Translations under genes and position numbers: made by a program | IMG/VR virus record: IMGVR_UViG_3300037067_021710 | Reading direction: 5' to 3' (one strand) | DNA: 64,000 nucleotides | Source of the DNA: a virus | Taxonomy: Duplodnaviria; Caudoviricetes | Notes under the pieces: model-generated | What the model saw: only the letters and a program-made list of their open reading frames with translations | Database searches by the model: none | What the model was told of the DNA's origin: nothing | Shown here: positions 1-9,522 of the stretch, in pieces | Layout of the letters: each line of letters starts with the position of its first letter | How positions within the stretch are numbered: the first letter of the stretch is position 1

Positions 1-684
1 TAACTCAGAAAGTTTAGATACAAAATATTTTTGAAAATAAAACAAAGACTCAACTTCATTCAAATCATTGTTACGAGCTAATTCTTGATGTATTCCTCCA
101 CAAAGTATATCTCCATTCATTTCTATATGTAAGTCTTTAACGATAATCTTTTTAGCATATTTTATAAGTTGGCTAAAAAGTTGATTTAATCTGTCAATAG
201 CAACTTCTTTATTATATTCATTAGTATAATTTACTTGCTCTGGAATAACTCGTTCACCTAAATGGATATCGGATAAATTTAAAACAAAGTCTTTATTACT
301 CTTTGTATTTTTACGAATAGCATCAATAGGATATGTAAACTCATGAGGCAAATATTCTTTATATAATTTAAGAAGTTTTTCTTCTGAAATACTTCGTCTA
401 ATCAGTTTATCTTTACTACTCTTAAGCTCTTGGTTTTCTTCTCGCAATAAACTAAGCTCCTTCTCAACTCTAAATTCATCAGAGTCAACATTAGCTTCTA
501 ATTTAAAATCCCCAAAATCAGTAAAATATTTTTCAAAGTCTGAACTACGTTTACTTTTTTGTCTATACCATTTTCTTGTAATTGATGTTTTTGCTTTTGG
601 GTTCTGTAATTGATATTGTTTTGAGAGAATCTGAAGTTCTTGAATTAATTCGCTTTTATCTGCTACTTTTGCTGATTTTGGCAT
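1..684 (-). CDS. Calcineurin-like metallophosphoesterase with N-terminal coiled-coil region (3' end lies outside the window)
   Basis: Not in the ORF track. Manual translation from ATG 684 (GAGGAG RBS at 695-700): MPKSAKVADK...LNLSDIHLGE...EMNGDILCGGIHQE. DxH and GD motifs present; frame open to base 1. Confidence 0.7.
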   Translation of the reverse strand, partial: MPKSAKVADKSELIQELQILSKQYQLQNPKAKTSITRKWYRQKSKRSSDFEKYFTDFGDFKLEANVDSDEFRVEKELSLLREENQELKSSKDKLIRRSISEEKLLKLYKEYLPHEFTYPIDAIRKNTKSNKDFVLNLSDIHLGERVIPEQVNYTNEYNKEVAIDRLNQLFSQLIKYAKKIIVKDLHIEMNGDILCGGIHQELARNNDLNEVESLFYFQKYFVSKLSEL

Positions 685-713
685 AAAGATAAAACTCCTC
701 TTACTGGCATTAG

Positions 714-733
714 TTACTAATAATTATTAGTAA
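714..733. promoter_or_regulatory. Perfect 20-bp palindrome forming back-to-back TACTAAT (putative late promoter) sites between divergent genes
   Basis: TTACTAATAATTATTAGTAA is its own reverse complement. It lies between the minus-strand gene starting at 684 and the plus-strand array starting at 804. Confidence 0.55.
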
Positions 734-803
734 TTACGTATAATACATATATACAAAAGAGCCCAATAATTAGAAATTAAAAGTGCAATATTAGGAGTTT
801 GAC

Positions 804-1538
804 TTGAAAAGGTACTCTGAGATAACTAAAAGTGAAGAAATCTATAAATTAGCAAAATTGGATGAAGAATGCTATTGTTTAATAACTCCTACTGGAAGAT
901 TTCTTTATGAAGCAATAATAGATGTTGACCCTGAGGTAGAAACAATAATTCAAAAAGTTAAAGAAGTTAAAAATAAAATTTTCCAATGCACAAGTATAGA
1001 TAGTATTATTTCTATGCTTAATAAACTTTTAGCTTCACGAAAAATAAAATTTGGATTTACTAGAGGACTTTTAAACGAATATATAGCTTATGGCGGATTT
1101 ATTCCATCTACTCAAGAATTAACTTTTATTTTTACTTCAAAAATTCAAGACTTTATAGATAAAGATATTGACAAAAACGTAGAGTTTAAACAATTTTTAA
1201 ATTCTTTACAAAGACCATTAGGGCACGAACTAATACATAGAGAACAGTTTTTAAAGGTAGCTTATGAAGAAAAAAGAAAAGAAATATTTAAAAAAAGTTC
1301 ATCAATTAAAGATAAATATTATTCAAACAAGCATGAAATGATGAGTTATGCTTGGCAAATTATAAATGAATTTAGAATGAATGGAATAGAAGATTCAAGC
1401 ATAAAAAAGATTTTAGCTACTAAAAGTGAAGTTAAACTAGAAATAGGTGGTCCAATATTAAAAGACTACCATAAATATTTCCCTGGTCAAGAAGTTCTTA
1501 AAGGACTATACAAATATATGTATATGTACTTAGACTAA
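804..1538 (+). CDS. MKRY-leader protein with HExxH motif (putative zincin-like internal virion protein)
   Basis: TTG start after AGGAG; N-terminus MKRYSEITKSEE; GHELIHREQ followed by a downstream E (HEMMSYA). Confidence 0.55.
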   Translation: MKRYSEITKSEEIYKLAKLDEECYCLITPTGRFLYEAIIDVDPEVETIIQKVKEVKNKIFQCTSIDSIISMLNKLLASRKIKFGFTRGLLNEYIAYGGFIPSTQELTFIFTSKIQDFIDKDIDKNVEFKQFLNSLQRPLGHELIHREQFLKVAYEEKRKEIFKKSSSIKDKYYSNKHEMMSYAWQIINEFRMNGIEDSSIKKILATKSEVKLEIGGPILKDYHKYFPGQEVLKGLYKYMYMYLD

Positions 1539-1543
1539 ATATT

Positions 1544-2020
1544 ATGAAACGATATATACCCTTAACAGAAGAAATGCTTGATGGAGTAGTTCGTCCTATT
1601 TTTGACTCAAAGAAAGCTATTCAAGTATATCGAATTGAATCTCTTGCTGAAGTTAAAAAATTAGGGCCAGAACCTAGAGGGGCTATCACAATTGGCCAAT
1701 TATATATGACAAAGACTAATTCTATGGTTCTTCATATGGATATTGTAGCTTTTTTAAGAAAATTTGAAGGCCTTAATCTACAAACTAACTTAAACCCAAA
1801 AGTCTCTATTCAATCTCTCAAAGATGTCCTATATATTCAAATGTATAAAGGTAAAGCTCTATTAGCAGAATCTTATGGAGCAGAAATAAGAATTATGTTA
1901 GAAGCATGGAATAATAAGAAGCAAATGACTAAGAAACAATTATATATGAAAAAATGTATTGAAAAACATTTAGAAGTTCTTAAGCAATTAAATATACCAT
2001 TCGAATTAAGAGCAATATGA
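1544..2020 (+). CDS. MKRY-leader hypothetical protein
   Basis: N-terminus MKRYIPLTEE. Confidence 0.6.
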   Translation: MKRYIPLTEEMLDGVVRPIFDSKKAIQVYRIESLAEVKKLGPEPRGAITIGQLYMTKTNSMVLHMDIVAFLRKFEGLNLQTNLNPKVSIQSLKDVLYIQMYKGKALLAESYGAEIRIMLEAWNNKKQMTKKQLYMKKCIEKHLEVLKQLNIPFELRAI

Positions 2021-2334
2021 AGCGATATCAACAACTTAAAGAATCTTTTACTTCTGAATTATATAAAGAAATGTTAAAAGAAGTATTAAAATATCTCCCT
2101 AAAGAAGCTTTCAAAGGTATTTCTACATATAACTCAAAATTAGGTAGTCGAAATAACTTTGAAGTTACTATTCCAAAAAATAACATTTTTACTAAGGGCT
2201 TATATGTGCATGTAGGGTCTGCAGAAGACAAATATGAAGCAATGAGTAAAGCTCTTGAAAGTATAAGTAGAAGATTTGAAGAACCTGAAGAGTATGGTAC
2301 AATTGAAGATTTAATAAAGTCAGGAAGTATATGA
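2017..2334 (+). CDS. MKRY-leader hypothetical protein
   Basis: N-terminus MKRYQQLKES; ATGA overlap with the upstream gene. Confidence 0.6.
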   Translation: MKRYQQLKESFTSELYKEMLKEVLKYLPKEAFKGISTYNSKLGSRNNFEVTIPKNNIFTKGLYVHVGSAEDKYEAMSKALESISRRFEEPEEYGTIEDLIKSGSI

Positions 2335-2612
2335 TGAAACTATTTAAAGAACGATTTGCTGCTTATGCCCAAATATATGTTTATGACCTTTATTATAAAG
2401 ATAGTCTGCTATGTACATTCTATACAAAAGATTCTCTTCTAATGTTTAAACGACAATTTGAAAAAACTCCATTGTACTATTATGGCACTATAGAAGATAC
2501 TCATATGTCAGATCATCTTAGAGCTAAAAAACGAACAGCTTTTATAGAAACAGAAATTGATTTTGCTAAATTGTCAAAAATGACTAATGGAACTATTGAA
2601 ACTATAAAATGA
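2331..2612 (+). CDS. Hypothetical protein in the MKRY array (variant leader MKLFKE)
   Basis: ATGA overlaps on both sides. Confidence 0.55.
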   Translation: MMKLFKERFAAYAQIYVYDLYYKDSLLCTFYTKDSLLMFKRQFEKTPLYYYGTIEDTHMSDHLRAKKRTAFIETEIDFAKLSKMTNGTIETIK

Positions 2613-3094
2613 AACGATACAAAGAAATAAAAAAACCTGCAGAAACGAATGCTCTTAATAAACTAGAAATAATAAAGTTCTATCAAAAACTATCAACTAA
2701 GTCTATGCGGAAATTTAAAGGAGACTTTGATCGAAAAGAATTCGGAAGTCTTGATAAAATGTATATTATGCCCAGCAATGAGTTTTATGATATTGCACAA
2801 AATAACCAAACATTAGCTTTTTTTAGAGTAAGAGATTTTAGTATATATGTTAATGCTGACACAGTAAAAAATCCAGACTTTTCTGCTATTATGTTACATG
2901 AATTAGCTCATACAAGAAACTATCGATTATCAATAGAGGAGCTAATAAAAGAAATTGATGAAATGAAAGTAATTCTTGAAGAAGATAACTTTTGGGGTGG
3001 AGATGCTTATAGTCAAAAAGATAGTAGGTATGAACTACAAGAAACTCATTCTAATGTGTATGTGCGATTTAAAATGATGGGGCATACTTTATGA
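2609..3094 (+). CDS. MKRY-leader protein with HExxH motif
   Basis: MKRYKEIKKPAE; IMLHELAHTR. Confidence 0.55.
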   Translation: MKRYKEIKKPAETNALNKLEIIKFYQKLSTKSMRKFKGDFDRKEFGSLDKMYIMPSNEFYDIAQNNQTLAFFRVRDFSIYVNADTVKNPDFSAIMLHELAHTRNYRLSIEELIKEIDEMKVILEEDNFWGGDAYSQKDSRYELQETHSNVYVRFKMMGHTL

Positions 3095-3411
3095 AACGAT
3101 ATATTCCTTTAAAAGAAGATGTCCAAAAAGATAATCTTACTTTCTTTAAAAATAAAGAAGACGATAAGCTTATTAGACTTTATCCAGAAGATGGTCTTAC
3201 TGGCTTAGATAATACTCTACTTGCTACAGAGATTATAATAAAACTTTATAGTTCTTCTGAAAAAGAATTTAAAAAATTTACCTTTCCAATTCTTAAAGCA
3301 AAAATTTCTAATTATTGTATAAAATATAAGAAAAAAATTTACCCTGTATTATTTAATAAACGATATAAGTATTTATACATTGTTATTGAAAACGACTATG
3401 AAACGATATAA
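3091..3411 (+). CDS. MKRY-leader hypothetical protein
   Basis: MKRYIPLKED; ATGA overlap. Confidence 0.6.
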   Translation: MKRYIPLKEDVQKDNLTFFKNKEDDKLIRLYPEDGLTGLDNTLLATEIIIKLYSSSEKEFKKFTFPILKAKISNYCIKYKKKIYPVLFNKRYKYLYIVIENDYETI

Positions 3412-3598
3412 ATCTCTACAAGAAGAGCAAGATGATATTAAAGTAGGTGACACCCTACTTACCGGCAAGTGGAAGAATAAGAAAGTAGTAGTGGCTGGTT
3501 TTGGAACTGATAAAAATAATCAGCCAACTGTTTTAACAGATAAAGGTGAAATTCCACTTTATAAATTCAGAATTCAGAAACTTATGGTAGAAAAATGA
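3398..3598 (+). CDS. MKRY-leader small protein, possibly SH3/KOW-like
   Basis: Start revised from 3380 to ATG 3398 (MKRYKSLQEE); IKVGDTL motif. Confidence 0.6.
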   Translation: MKRYKSLQEEQDDIKVGDTLLTGKWKNKKVVVAGFGTDKNNQPTVLTDKGEIPLYKFRIQKLMVEK

Positions 3599-3954
3599 AA
3601 AGATATAAACCCTTAAACGAAAGTACTTATATACAGCCTAATAAAAAATTTAGGGGTTGGATAACTACAGAAGATAAGGTTATAGAAATTCCTAGAGGAG
3701 AAGAACATTGGGAATATATGAAGCCTTTTCGAAAGGAAAGAGATGCTCTTGATGCTGACTGGATTAGATTTTATACAATCAATGGAGATAATATTGCCCC
3801 TATAGGCTACTTAGAATTTGAAGTAAATGACTGGGATAACAAAACTTTTAGACGTGTTTACGACTTTTATATGAAACATTTAAAAGGAGATGAAAGACCA
3901 ATAACAGTAAGTTGGCATGCTAAAACTAAATATTATAAACCAAATTTTAAATAA
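3595..3954 (+). CDS. MKRY-leader hypothetical protein
   Basis: MKRYKPLNES; ATGA overlap. Confidence 0.6.
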   Translation: MKRYKPLNESTYIQPNKKFRGWITTEDKVIEIPRGEEHWEYMKPFRKERDALDADWIRFYTINGDNIAPIGYLEFEVNDWDNKTFRRVYDFYMKHLKGDERPITVSWHAKTKYYKPNFK

Positions 3955-3965
3955 AGGAGCCCTAA

Positions 3966-4769
3966 ATGCCAGAACGACCACGATTAAAAAAAGGAGATAT
4001 TACATTACGAGAAATTTTAGACCTTTCATTAAAAGTATATAAAAATGATATAGATAATAAATTAATCCGTTCCAAACTAGATGTATCCTCTGCTAAAATA
4101 GTATATCGACGGAACATGTCATTTAACCAACAAACAAAACAATGGGAACAAACTGGTAGAGAAGCTAAAATTCAATTCCTTATTAAAACAATACCTGAGT
4201 CATATGTAGACAATAGTGGTATAAGAATCCATCAATACCCTGTTACTTTCCTTTTTAAATCGTTTGAACAAGGTCTTGATAGTCCTTTTCGTAGCCGGGT
4301 CGGTAGTCTTAAAAAACCTTTGTTTGGAAAAGCTAAAAAACACTTTATTAAAGATGCTAAGGATGAAAAAGAAGCAGATAAATTTCGGCAAGAAAATGCA
4401 AGGCTTACTGAAGAAAATAAAAAGTTGGGAAAACGAAATATTCTTAATGGAATACAACTTCAATTCTTTTATGATATGGAATTCGTATGGGAAATGTATG
4501 GGTTATTATGGGGCCCGAATTATGCTAAATGGGCTCCTAAGATTAAGAACCCAGAATTAATCCCTTATTTTTCAAAACATGAAATATTTATAATACTAAA
4601 AGTACTTGAACCTTTATTCCAAAAAATGCAAGGATTTATTAAAAATAGAGTCTTCCAAAATCTTGAGAAACCAGAAACAATTTTACGACAAGCTCAACAA
4701 TTGAAAGACTCTATGCAACAAGAAGGTCAACCAATTAATCTACCTGGGGCTGGTGATTTAGGATTCTAA
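3966..4769 (+). CDS. Hypothetical protein (basic)
   Basis: 267-aa ORF with AAGGAG RBS; no motif recognised. Confidence 0.6.
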   Translation: MPERPRLKKGDITLREILDLSLKVYKNDIDNKLIRSKLDVSSAKIVYRRNMSFNQQTKQWEQTGREAKIQFLIKTIPESYVDNSGIRIHQYPVTFLFKSFEQGLDSPFRSRVGSLKKPLFGKAKKHFIKDAKDEKEADKFRQENARLTEENKKLGKRNILNGIQLQFFYDMEFVWEMYGLLWGPNYAKWAPKIKNPELIPYFSKHEIFIILKVLEPLFQKMQGFIKNRVFQNLEKPETILRQAQQLKDSMQQEGQPINLPGAGDLGF

Positions 4770-5026
4770 TTTCCTATAAAATATATAAAACTACTTATAT
4801 AATATAAAGCTAAACTGGCCAGACCCACAATTAAAAATAATAGTCCAATAGCTGTAAGTAATACAATTCCTTTCCACCACAAAATAGGGGCCCTTTTTAA
4901 TTTTTCCCATCCATAACTACTCTCAACGCAGTCATCATATAGATATTCCTTTAACATCCCTAACCCTATAGGCAAAAAGATCAGGGCTATCCAAAACCCT
5001 ATAACTCGTAAAATTCCATAATCCAC
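4766..5026 (-). CDS. Small membrane protein (2 TM)
   Basis: Two hydrophobic stretches; AGGAG RBS. Confidence 0.5.
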   Translation of the reverse strand: MDYGILRVIGFWIALIFLPIGLGMLKEYLYDDCVESSYGWEKLKRAPILWWKGIVLLTAIGLLFLIVGLASLALYYISSFIYFIGN

Positions 5027-5264
5027 AATAGTTCTCCTTAAGCTACTAATTTTGAAAATTGTTTTTTAAATGTTTGAAAATCAAGAAGTTCATACTTATC
5101 CCATACTACAAAAGCATGAGAATGAAATAGAATAGGAAGATTATTAGTCATTAAAACATTAGTTGGATATATAATTTCATCATACTTGTGATTAGTATTA
5201 AAAACACTATCAAGCAATTGTAAGTCTTTTCTGTATACATTTAAAATAATAAAGTCTTTTGTGT

Positions 5265-5591
5265 TCATTGCTTCTCCTTTGAGATACTATATACTTTAAT
5301 ATTGAGTTTATCAATTACTTCTTGGCAGTTTTTACAAGGATGAATATTCATCAACTCACCACTTTTATTTATTCTGCAAATAAAAATACTTTTAAGTTGT
5401 TTGCCATACTTTTTTATTAAAGCTATCTCGGCATGGACCCCGCCTCCTTTATGTAAAAATCGAAGTCTATTAGACGTACATCCAACAATTCTTCCCCTTT
5501 TATCAAGGCCAACAGCAGACACTCTAAATCGGCATATAGATTGTTTTGCTTTAGATTGTGCCAAGGTTATTATAGATTGTAAAGGGGCCAT
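5265..5591 (-). CDS. Small cytidine/deoxycytidylate deaminase-fold protein
   Basis: VHAE and HPCKNC zinc-binding motifs. Confidence 0.7.
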   Translation of the reverse strand: MAPLQSIITLAQSKAKQSICRFRVSAVGLDKRGRIVGCTSNRLRFLHKGGGVHAEIALIKKYGKQLKSIFICRINKSGELMNIHPCKNCQEVIDKLNIKVYSISKEKQ

Positions 5592-5593
5592 AG

Positions 5594-6220
5594 TTAATTT
5601 ATATCAGAAAATAGAGTCGGTAGTTCTTCTTTAAATTCAGCAAGTAGTGGCTTCATAACTCTACACATGTCAGGATGAGCGGCCTCAGAAGTTCGTAATT
5701 GTAATAGATGTCTCCACTCACGGACATTTGCTTTCATAACAATTTCAGTCTTTATGTCATTTGGTAAAATTCCTCGAATAGCTTGTGCTGGATATGTAGA
5801 TACTAATGTTAAATATACTTCCTCAATTTTATCCATTAGTTCAACCCATTGAATAACTGCTATAGAGTCTTCTACTGAAGCTGAGAACCAGTAGGGTTCG
5901 ATAAATGTAAGTTCACCACCAAATTTTCCTTTTGAGTAATCACAGTACCGCGTACTTTCTTGTGCAAAAGAAGCAAGTCGATGACGAACAAGTTCATGAG
6001 TAAACCCACGATTATGAATAAATTTTACTGTTATATCAGCAAACTCAATCATGGCTTCATGACCACGCTTAATAAGATTTTGAGTAAAAATTATTGCAGA
6101 AAGATCTGTAATTTTATCTTCAGATTTATAACATGTTCTTCCAGCACTTTCAATTTGTGTTAATAAAGCTTTTTCAGTTATGTCTGTTAAAATTTCATAT
6201 GAAGGTTTTATAACTCGCAT
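5594..6220 (-). CDS. thyX: Flavin-dependent thymidylate synthase
   Basis: HELVRHRLASFAQESTRY ThyX motif; GHEAMIEF; NVREWRH. Confidence 0.93.
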   Translation of the reverse strand: MRVIKPSYEILTDITEKALLTQIESAGRTCYKSEDKITDLSAIIFTQNLIKRGHEAMIEFADITVKFIHNRGFTHELVRHRLASFAQESTRYCDYSKGKFGGELTFIEPYWFSASVEDSIAVIQWVELMDKIEEVYLTLVSTYPAQAIRGILPNDIKTEIVMKANVREWRHLLQLRTSEAAHPDMCRVMKPLLAEFKEELPTLFSDIN

Positions 6221-7909
6221 AATAAACTCCTATTAGTCTTTTAATAAATGAGTATCAACTATAACACAATCATAATGCTTACAATTAAAACAATCATCAT
6301 CGCAAACTTTAAGTAAAGCATGTATGCATACTCTGTTTTTACAAACAGTTGCACTATACTTATTTTCTTCAGTAAGTTCAATACCACAGAATTTGCATTT
6401 TGAAGTTTCCATATTAGTTAACCGATTTAATTTTTTCTTCCTTTATAAATTTTTCATTTATAGTTATTAGACCATTTTTATCAAGAGTAACTCCATCTTG
6501 AATTTCACCTCTAAAGCTATCTAATAAATAATAAACTACCCTACGCTTATTTGTTTGATCCAATATTTTTTGATTTCCTTTCATATTGAAGTCACCGTAA
6601 TACCTCCTCTAAATTAGTAACTATATTATCTATTTCTTCTTTAGTATACTTCATTAGATTTTAATATAGCATATACATAAATGTAAATACTTACAAAAGA
6701 AATAACATATTTCGTCTGAAAATAAAATCCCAATAGCAATAGCAGAACCATAAAATAAAAAATTTTTCAACATAATTCTTACTCCATTGTCATAAAGTTT
6801 TTAACTCGTTCGCTTTTATAAATCCACGGATTATACCATAGCTCAGTTTTTCCTATTAATGAATGAACCATCTTTTCCCAAACAATAGCCATATATAAAA
6901 TTTCAACATCTTCTTTTGGCCAACCATAAACCCATTCATCATCAATAGTAATAGTAGCTATCTTTTGGCCATTGTGATTTACATTAACTTGTTTTAAACT
7001 CATAATATTTTAGTGAATTGACTTATAATAATTTTCACATTTTGGTTGAATACAACCAAGTTTTTTCAAACCAAACCAAGAAGTTTTAATACTTGAATGG
7101 CATTTATCACATCGATAAAATTCACCATCTTGAATTATTACAGTTAATGGTGGTTTAGGTGGCAATGGTAGCGGTTTCTTTGTCATAGTTTAATCTTCTT
7201 TTTTATAGGATATTTTCGTGTTTCAAATTTAAATTCACATAAATCTTTAATTTCTTTAGTGTTTATTCGAATATTGTTCTCTTAGATTTTTTTTCAAAAG
7301 TTAAACAAATAGAAAGCTGCCAAAAAGATATAGCTATAAGTAAACTATAAATAATATCATACTTATGAAATGCTATACCAAGAAAAGTATTACTATAATG
7401 TAACCAAATAGTAAGTATTCCCAATTTTAATAATCTTTTTCCAGATTTAAAATTACTCATACACACTCCTTACAATAAGAAATACCTTTACCTACATTTT
7501 TTAATTCAGTAAGAGGAACAAGTTTACCACACTTAGAACAAATACCAGTATATTCTTCTAACTTAGGTCTTTCTTGTCCTTGTCTCCATAAAGAGCAATT
7601 CAAACCTTCTTCATCAGAAAAAGATTTCTTTTTACCATAATCTCCATTAGGATGGAAACAATGATAGATACCTATAAAAGTACAATTATTACAATGCTTT
7701 ATTTGTTCCATCTAGTTAATTCTTCTACTTAATGTAGAACCCAATTCTCGTAATTTAATGAATATATGATCAGTAAGAATATTATTACAAGTTTTACATA
7801 ACATCAATTCTTGTTTATTAACTTTAAGCTCATAATATCCCATATCATCAATAAGATCTTTTCCGCAACCATCACAAGTATATGTTATTATTCTTGCCAT
7901 TTATAACTC

Positions 7910-8095
7910 CTAATCACAAAAACTTCTATGGCAATAAGGGCAACCAGTTATAAGCTCTTTATCCAGGAGCTCTTGACATTGTATAAGAATATCTTTTTTG
8001 CAATTATAACAATACCCATCTGGCGGCATAAAGAAAGGCAAATTCTTTGTTTTACAATAATCTACTTGTTTTTGAATTAGTTCTTTACGGTCCAT
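7910..8095 (-). CDS. Small Cys-rich (zinc-ribbon) protein
   Basis: Start revised to MDRKEL after AAGGAG; CxxC...CPxC. Confidence 0.5.
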   Translation of the reverse strand: MDRKELIQKQVDYCKTKNLPFFMPPDGYCYNCKKDILIQCQELLDKELITGCPYCHRSFCD

Positions 8096-8116
8096 TTTAA
8101 TTACTCCTTTGATATA

Positions 8117-8145
8117 ATAATACAAAAACAACCTGAAAAAATAAC
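8117..8145 (-). promoter_or_regulatory. Putative early promoter GTTAT-N13-TTTTGTATTAT
   Basis: Bipartite motif with the same spacing at 19124-19153, 23811-23839, 34640-34668 and 57800-57828. Confidence 0.6.
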
Positions 8146-8152
8146 ATCTTTT

Positions 8153-8162
8153 TTACTAATAT
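8153..8162 (+). promoter_or_regulatory. Putative late promoter TACTAAT
   Basis: TTACTAATAT immediately upstream of the isolated plus-strand gene at 8177. Confidence 0.45.
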
Positions 8163-8176
8163 ATAAAGGTAATTAT

Positions 8177-9025
8177 ATGGGTGGGTTTATAAACAGTTCA
8201 GGAATACAGCTTTTAGACGAATTTGGAAATCCATATGGTCTAAAACAAGTTGATGGAAAAATTAGAGTGTCAGCTATGCCATATCTATATGATATTGCTG
8301 AAGGCAATGTAGCAAACCACACTCCATGGGCTAAAATTGGCTATAGTGTATCTACAACTGGTCAAACTACAATGTGGAATCCCGGCACTGAATATGTATG
8401 GCCTACTATTGGACAACAATTAGATGTAGTAAGTACAGATAATACAAATGATATTGCTGGAGGTGCTGGAGCTTTAACTGTCCGTATCGGATATCTTACA
8501 ATTGCAGGGCTTGAGAAAACTGAAGTAGTAACGTTAACAGGGACTACTGTTGCTCATACAGTAGCTACAGATATTTATCGAATAAATTCATTTAGAGTAG
8601 CTTCAACAGGAGCAAGTGGAAAAGCTGCTGGAACAATATCATTACAACGAATATCTCCAAATGGAGCAACTAAATTTGCTCAAATAGCTCTTGGGTACAC
8701 TAGAGCACGGGGATGTTTTTATACAGTACCAGCAGGAAAAAATTTATACATATCATCTATAGCATTTTCGGCAGGATATACTACTGCAGGTAAATATGTT
8801 AGATTTACTACTCAGGCCACATATGATAATATTACATTAACAGCGCTAACACCTGGAGTATTTTTTATGGCATATAATGAAGTAGTCTTGATTGATGGTG
8901 CATACACTAGAGCATTAGAAATACCAACAAAATTGCCTGCAGGAACTGACCTTAAAGTTTCTGTTATTGGTGAAGCTAGTATTTTTTGTACTTGTTCATT
9001 ACGAGGCTGGTTAGAAACAGCTTAA
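8177..9025 (+). CDS. Putative virion structural protein (Gly/Thr/Ala-rich, beta-rich)
   Basis: Composition unlike the surrounding early genes; opposite strand; TACTAAT upstream. Confidence 0.5.
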   Translation: MGGFINSSGIQLLDEFGNPYGLKQVDGKIRVSAMPYLYDIAEGNVANHTPWAKIGYSVSTTGQTTMWNPGTEYVWPTIGQQLDVVSTDNTNDIAGGAGALTVRIGYLTIAGLEKTEVVTLTGTTVAHTVATDIYRINSFRVASTGASGKAAGTISLQRISPNGATKFAQIALGYTRARGCFYTVPAGKNLYISSIAFSAGYTTAGKYVRFTTQATYDNITLTALTPGVFFMAYNEVVLIDGAYTRALEIPTKLPAGTDLKVSVIGEASIFCTCSLRGWLETA

Positions 9026-9522
9026 CTTGCTTTCTTTAATATACAAAGAATTCCGTTATCGCCTTCTACATAATACTTAGGTAATTTTTCTATAGCAACT
9101 AATTTATATTCTAAACTATGAAGAGAAGCTATTAATTTCTTAAAAGAATTATTAGAAGTTCGAGCATGAAATACAACCCATTGTGGTAACTCAGACAGAG
9201 CAGTAAGCATTGAAACAGTTCCACCATTTACTAAAGAAACGATGTCTTCAATATACCACCTATCTTCACTGATACTAAACTTATCAAAATCAGCTTCAGT
9301 AAAGTCTTCATATGGGGTTAATAATTCTTTTTGAATACCTAAGTCTTTATTACAATATTTATTTAATATCATAAAAGCTTTACATTTGTTTCCCTCATAT
9401 ATAGAGCACACTTTTGTATCGTTTTTAAAACAATCACAAAAATCTGTATAGGTCATTTGAAAATCACAAATTTTTTCAAGTTGATATAAGCTCTTTATTT
9501 GAGTTCTTCGCCTACTAGTCAT
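9022..9522 (-). CDS. Possible GNAT/RimI-like acetyltransferase
   Basis: WYIEDIVS, FHARTSN and C-terminal LPKYYVEGDNG resemble RimI-type motifs. Weak. Confidence 0.35.
   Translation of the reverse strand: MTSRRRTQIKSLYQLEKICDFQMTYTDFCDCFKNDTKVCSIYEGNKCKAFMILNKYCNKDLGIQKELLTPYEDFTEADFDKFSISEDRWYIEDIVSLVNGGTVSMLTALSELPQWVVFHARTSNNSFKKLIASLHSLEYKLVAIEKLPKYYVEGDNGILCILKKAS

Noticed and set aside
1544-3620. ATGAAACGATAT repeats as a CRISPR array or attC-like cassette sites
   Set aside because: The repeats are short, coding, synonymously variable and separated by whole genes. No palindromic recombination sites or integrase were seen.
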